Below, in pieces: positions 62,938 through 64,000 of a stretch of DNA of 64,000 nucleotides; position 1 is the first letter of the stretch, and each line of letters opens with the position of its first letter. The stretch lies in the NCBI GenBank assembly GCA_050331735.1, contig JBHJGN010000064.1:1-64000 (forward strand), read 5' to 3'. Position numbers and translations under genes: made by a program. Source of the DNA: Cyanophyceae cyanobacterium. GTDB lineage: Bacteria; Cyanobacteriota; Cyanobacteriia; Cyanobacteriales; JBHJGN01. A model generated the notes under the pieces. The model was not told the DNA's origin, made no database searches, and was given only the letters and a program-made list of their open reading frames with translations.

Positions 62938-63000
62938 TAACTCCTCCCTTTCCCCCTTCCCCTTTGCCCGCGCCGCAGGCGCTTCCGCAGGCGCTTCCTC
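62820..63000. repeat. Composite inverted heptamer element overlapping the nuclease 3' end
   Basis: GGGGAAA arm, TGTCCCTCCG, AGAACACAGAATGAAGGAAAAAACT core, TTTCCCC arm, 2x CCGCAGGCGCTTCC. Confidence 0.7.
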
Positions 63001-63079
63001 CCAAAGAGGTATGGAGAAAGCCAGAGAACAAGGTACTGTAGAGCCATTAAGTTGACATTTTGGATAGTTAGAGTGAAAG

Positions 63080-64000
63080 ATGCCTTGGCATCCGCGAGAT
63101 AAGTATTGTTGGGATTTCTGGTTTGCCAAGCAAGAGCAAACTCTGCATATGTTCTTTCTGCAAGCGCGACAGCTTGCCTGTGGCTATAACCCTGATAAGC
63201 GCCATAATCTGGCTTCAGTCGGTCACGCCGTTTTGACAGAAGGGGGGTGGAAAGAAGTCTATCCCAATACGCCCGCTTTCGCTCCTAGAGAGGGAGATCA
63301 TTGGGATAATTTATCAATCTGGACGGGCAGCATTATTCAAAAAGACGGGCTGTATTACTTGTTCTATACCGGCAGGCGGAAAGAAGACCCCTGGCAAACA
63401 ACGCTGTACGAGCGATCGCAACCTCGCCAGATTGGCGTTGCCGTATCGGAGGATTTAAACCAGTGGAGACGAACCCCCGCCTCCCTGCAAGCTCCTGTCA
63501 TTCCCAATCCCGGTCCTGATGGCTGGTTTGATGGTGTTAACTGGCACGATCCCGAGGTAATTTATGACGAGGTTCATCATCGATACTACGCCTTCGTTTG
63601 TGCCCATCCCCAAGAAAGCCCTCCCGACAGCGGAGGAGCGATCGCCTACGCTACCTCCTCGGATCTAGAAAACTGGCAAGCCGAGCCCTATCGCATCCTT
63701 TACCAAAGCACGGAATTTTATCTCACTGAAGTGCCCCAGGTCTTCTGGCGCAGAACCAACGACGGTCACTTCTGGCGACTCTACTTACTGTTTAGTCCCC
63801 GCTGGAGTCCGTTGTTCAAGCAACCCATTCCCGTTGGAGTCACGTACTACGTCCGCTCCCAACCCGTTGCTGATCGCACCCAAATCAGCTACGACCGCAT
63901 TCCTTGGGAAGAAGAACCCGCCCATCAGTTAGTGCTCAATTCCCATGCTGGTAAGCTGATCGATTCAGAAGCTCGTTATCCCATCTTTTTGGGATTTCAG
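63080..64000 (+). CDS. Clan GH-J (GH32/GH68-like) beta-propeller glycoside hydrolase, truncated by window edge
   Basis: Manual translation MPWHPRDKYCWDFWF..VGHA..IWTGS..LFYTG..WHDP..TEVP is open to the window end. Confidence 0.8.
   Translation, partial: MPWHPRDKYCWDFWFAKQEQTLHMFFLQARQLACGYNPDKRHNLASVGHAVLTEGGWKEVYPNTPAFAPREGDHWDNLSIWTGSIIQKDGLYYLFYTGRRKEDPWQTTLYERSQPRQIGVAVSEDLNQWRRTPASLQAPVIPNPGPDGWFDGVNWHDPEVIYDEVHHRYYAFVCAHPQESPPDSGGAIAYATSSDLENWQAEPYRILYQSTEFYLTEVPQVFWRRTNDGHFWRLYLLFSPRWSPLFKQPIPVGVTYYVRSQPVADRTQISYDRIPWEEEPAHQLVLNSHAGKLIDSEARYPIFLGFQ

Larger units (their letters stand above)
1..64000. repeat. HIP1 octamer GCGATCGC dispersed throughout
   Basis: Dozens of visible copies, e.g. 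near 1911, 2434, 3157, 8769, 39145, 63412. Confidence 0.95.

Overview
Cyanobacterial chromosomal window (dense HIP1 GCGATCGC sites, heptamer STRR tracts). Left to right it holds: (1) a truncated PAS-GAF-PAS histidine kinase divergent from a fermentation-type cluster (nifJ/PFOR, bactofilin-like membrane protein, DHODH-like flavoprotein, pfkA, hypD, a 59-aa ORF, GFA protein, hypE); (2) an AT-rich surface-glycan region (GT-C, cupin, DegT aminotransferase, GT2, SMR protein, HTTM/DCC1 protein, two SGNH-like proteins, sulfotransferase, GT); (3) small genes (DUF4278, SepF-like, DUF6335, Zn-ribbon), an RCK/K+ channel, a CrtI-like oxidoreductase, prolyl oligopeptidase and GT39; (4) a pixGHIJJL-cheW phototaxis operon with two GAF-bearing MCPs; (5) housekeeping genes (pyrF, tyrS, PBP1A, LptF/G, GGDEF-EAL, GTPase, nagB-like, PD-(D/E)XK nuclease, truncated clan GH-J glycosidase). 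The strongest unexplained signal is a 19-bp direct-repeat motif (consensus TCYTCACAAGWTCYTCAAA, 11-bp period) found eight times in intergenic DNA. In five copies a TANNNT -10 hexamer starts exactly 28 nt after the motif start, which points to a shared activator-dependent regulon. The adjacent kinase carries a DosS/DosT-like heme-GAF motif. Several TTA-flanked MITEs and small palindromic mobile repeats are also present. All calls come from reading the sequence; no searches were run.
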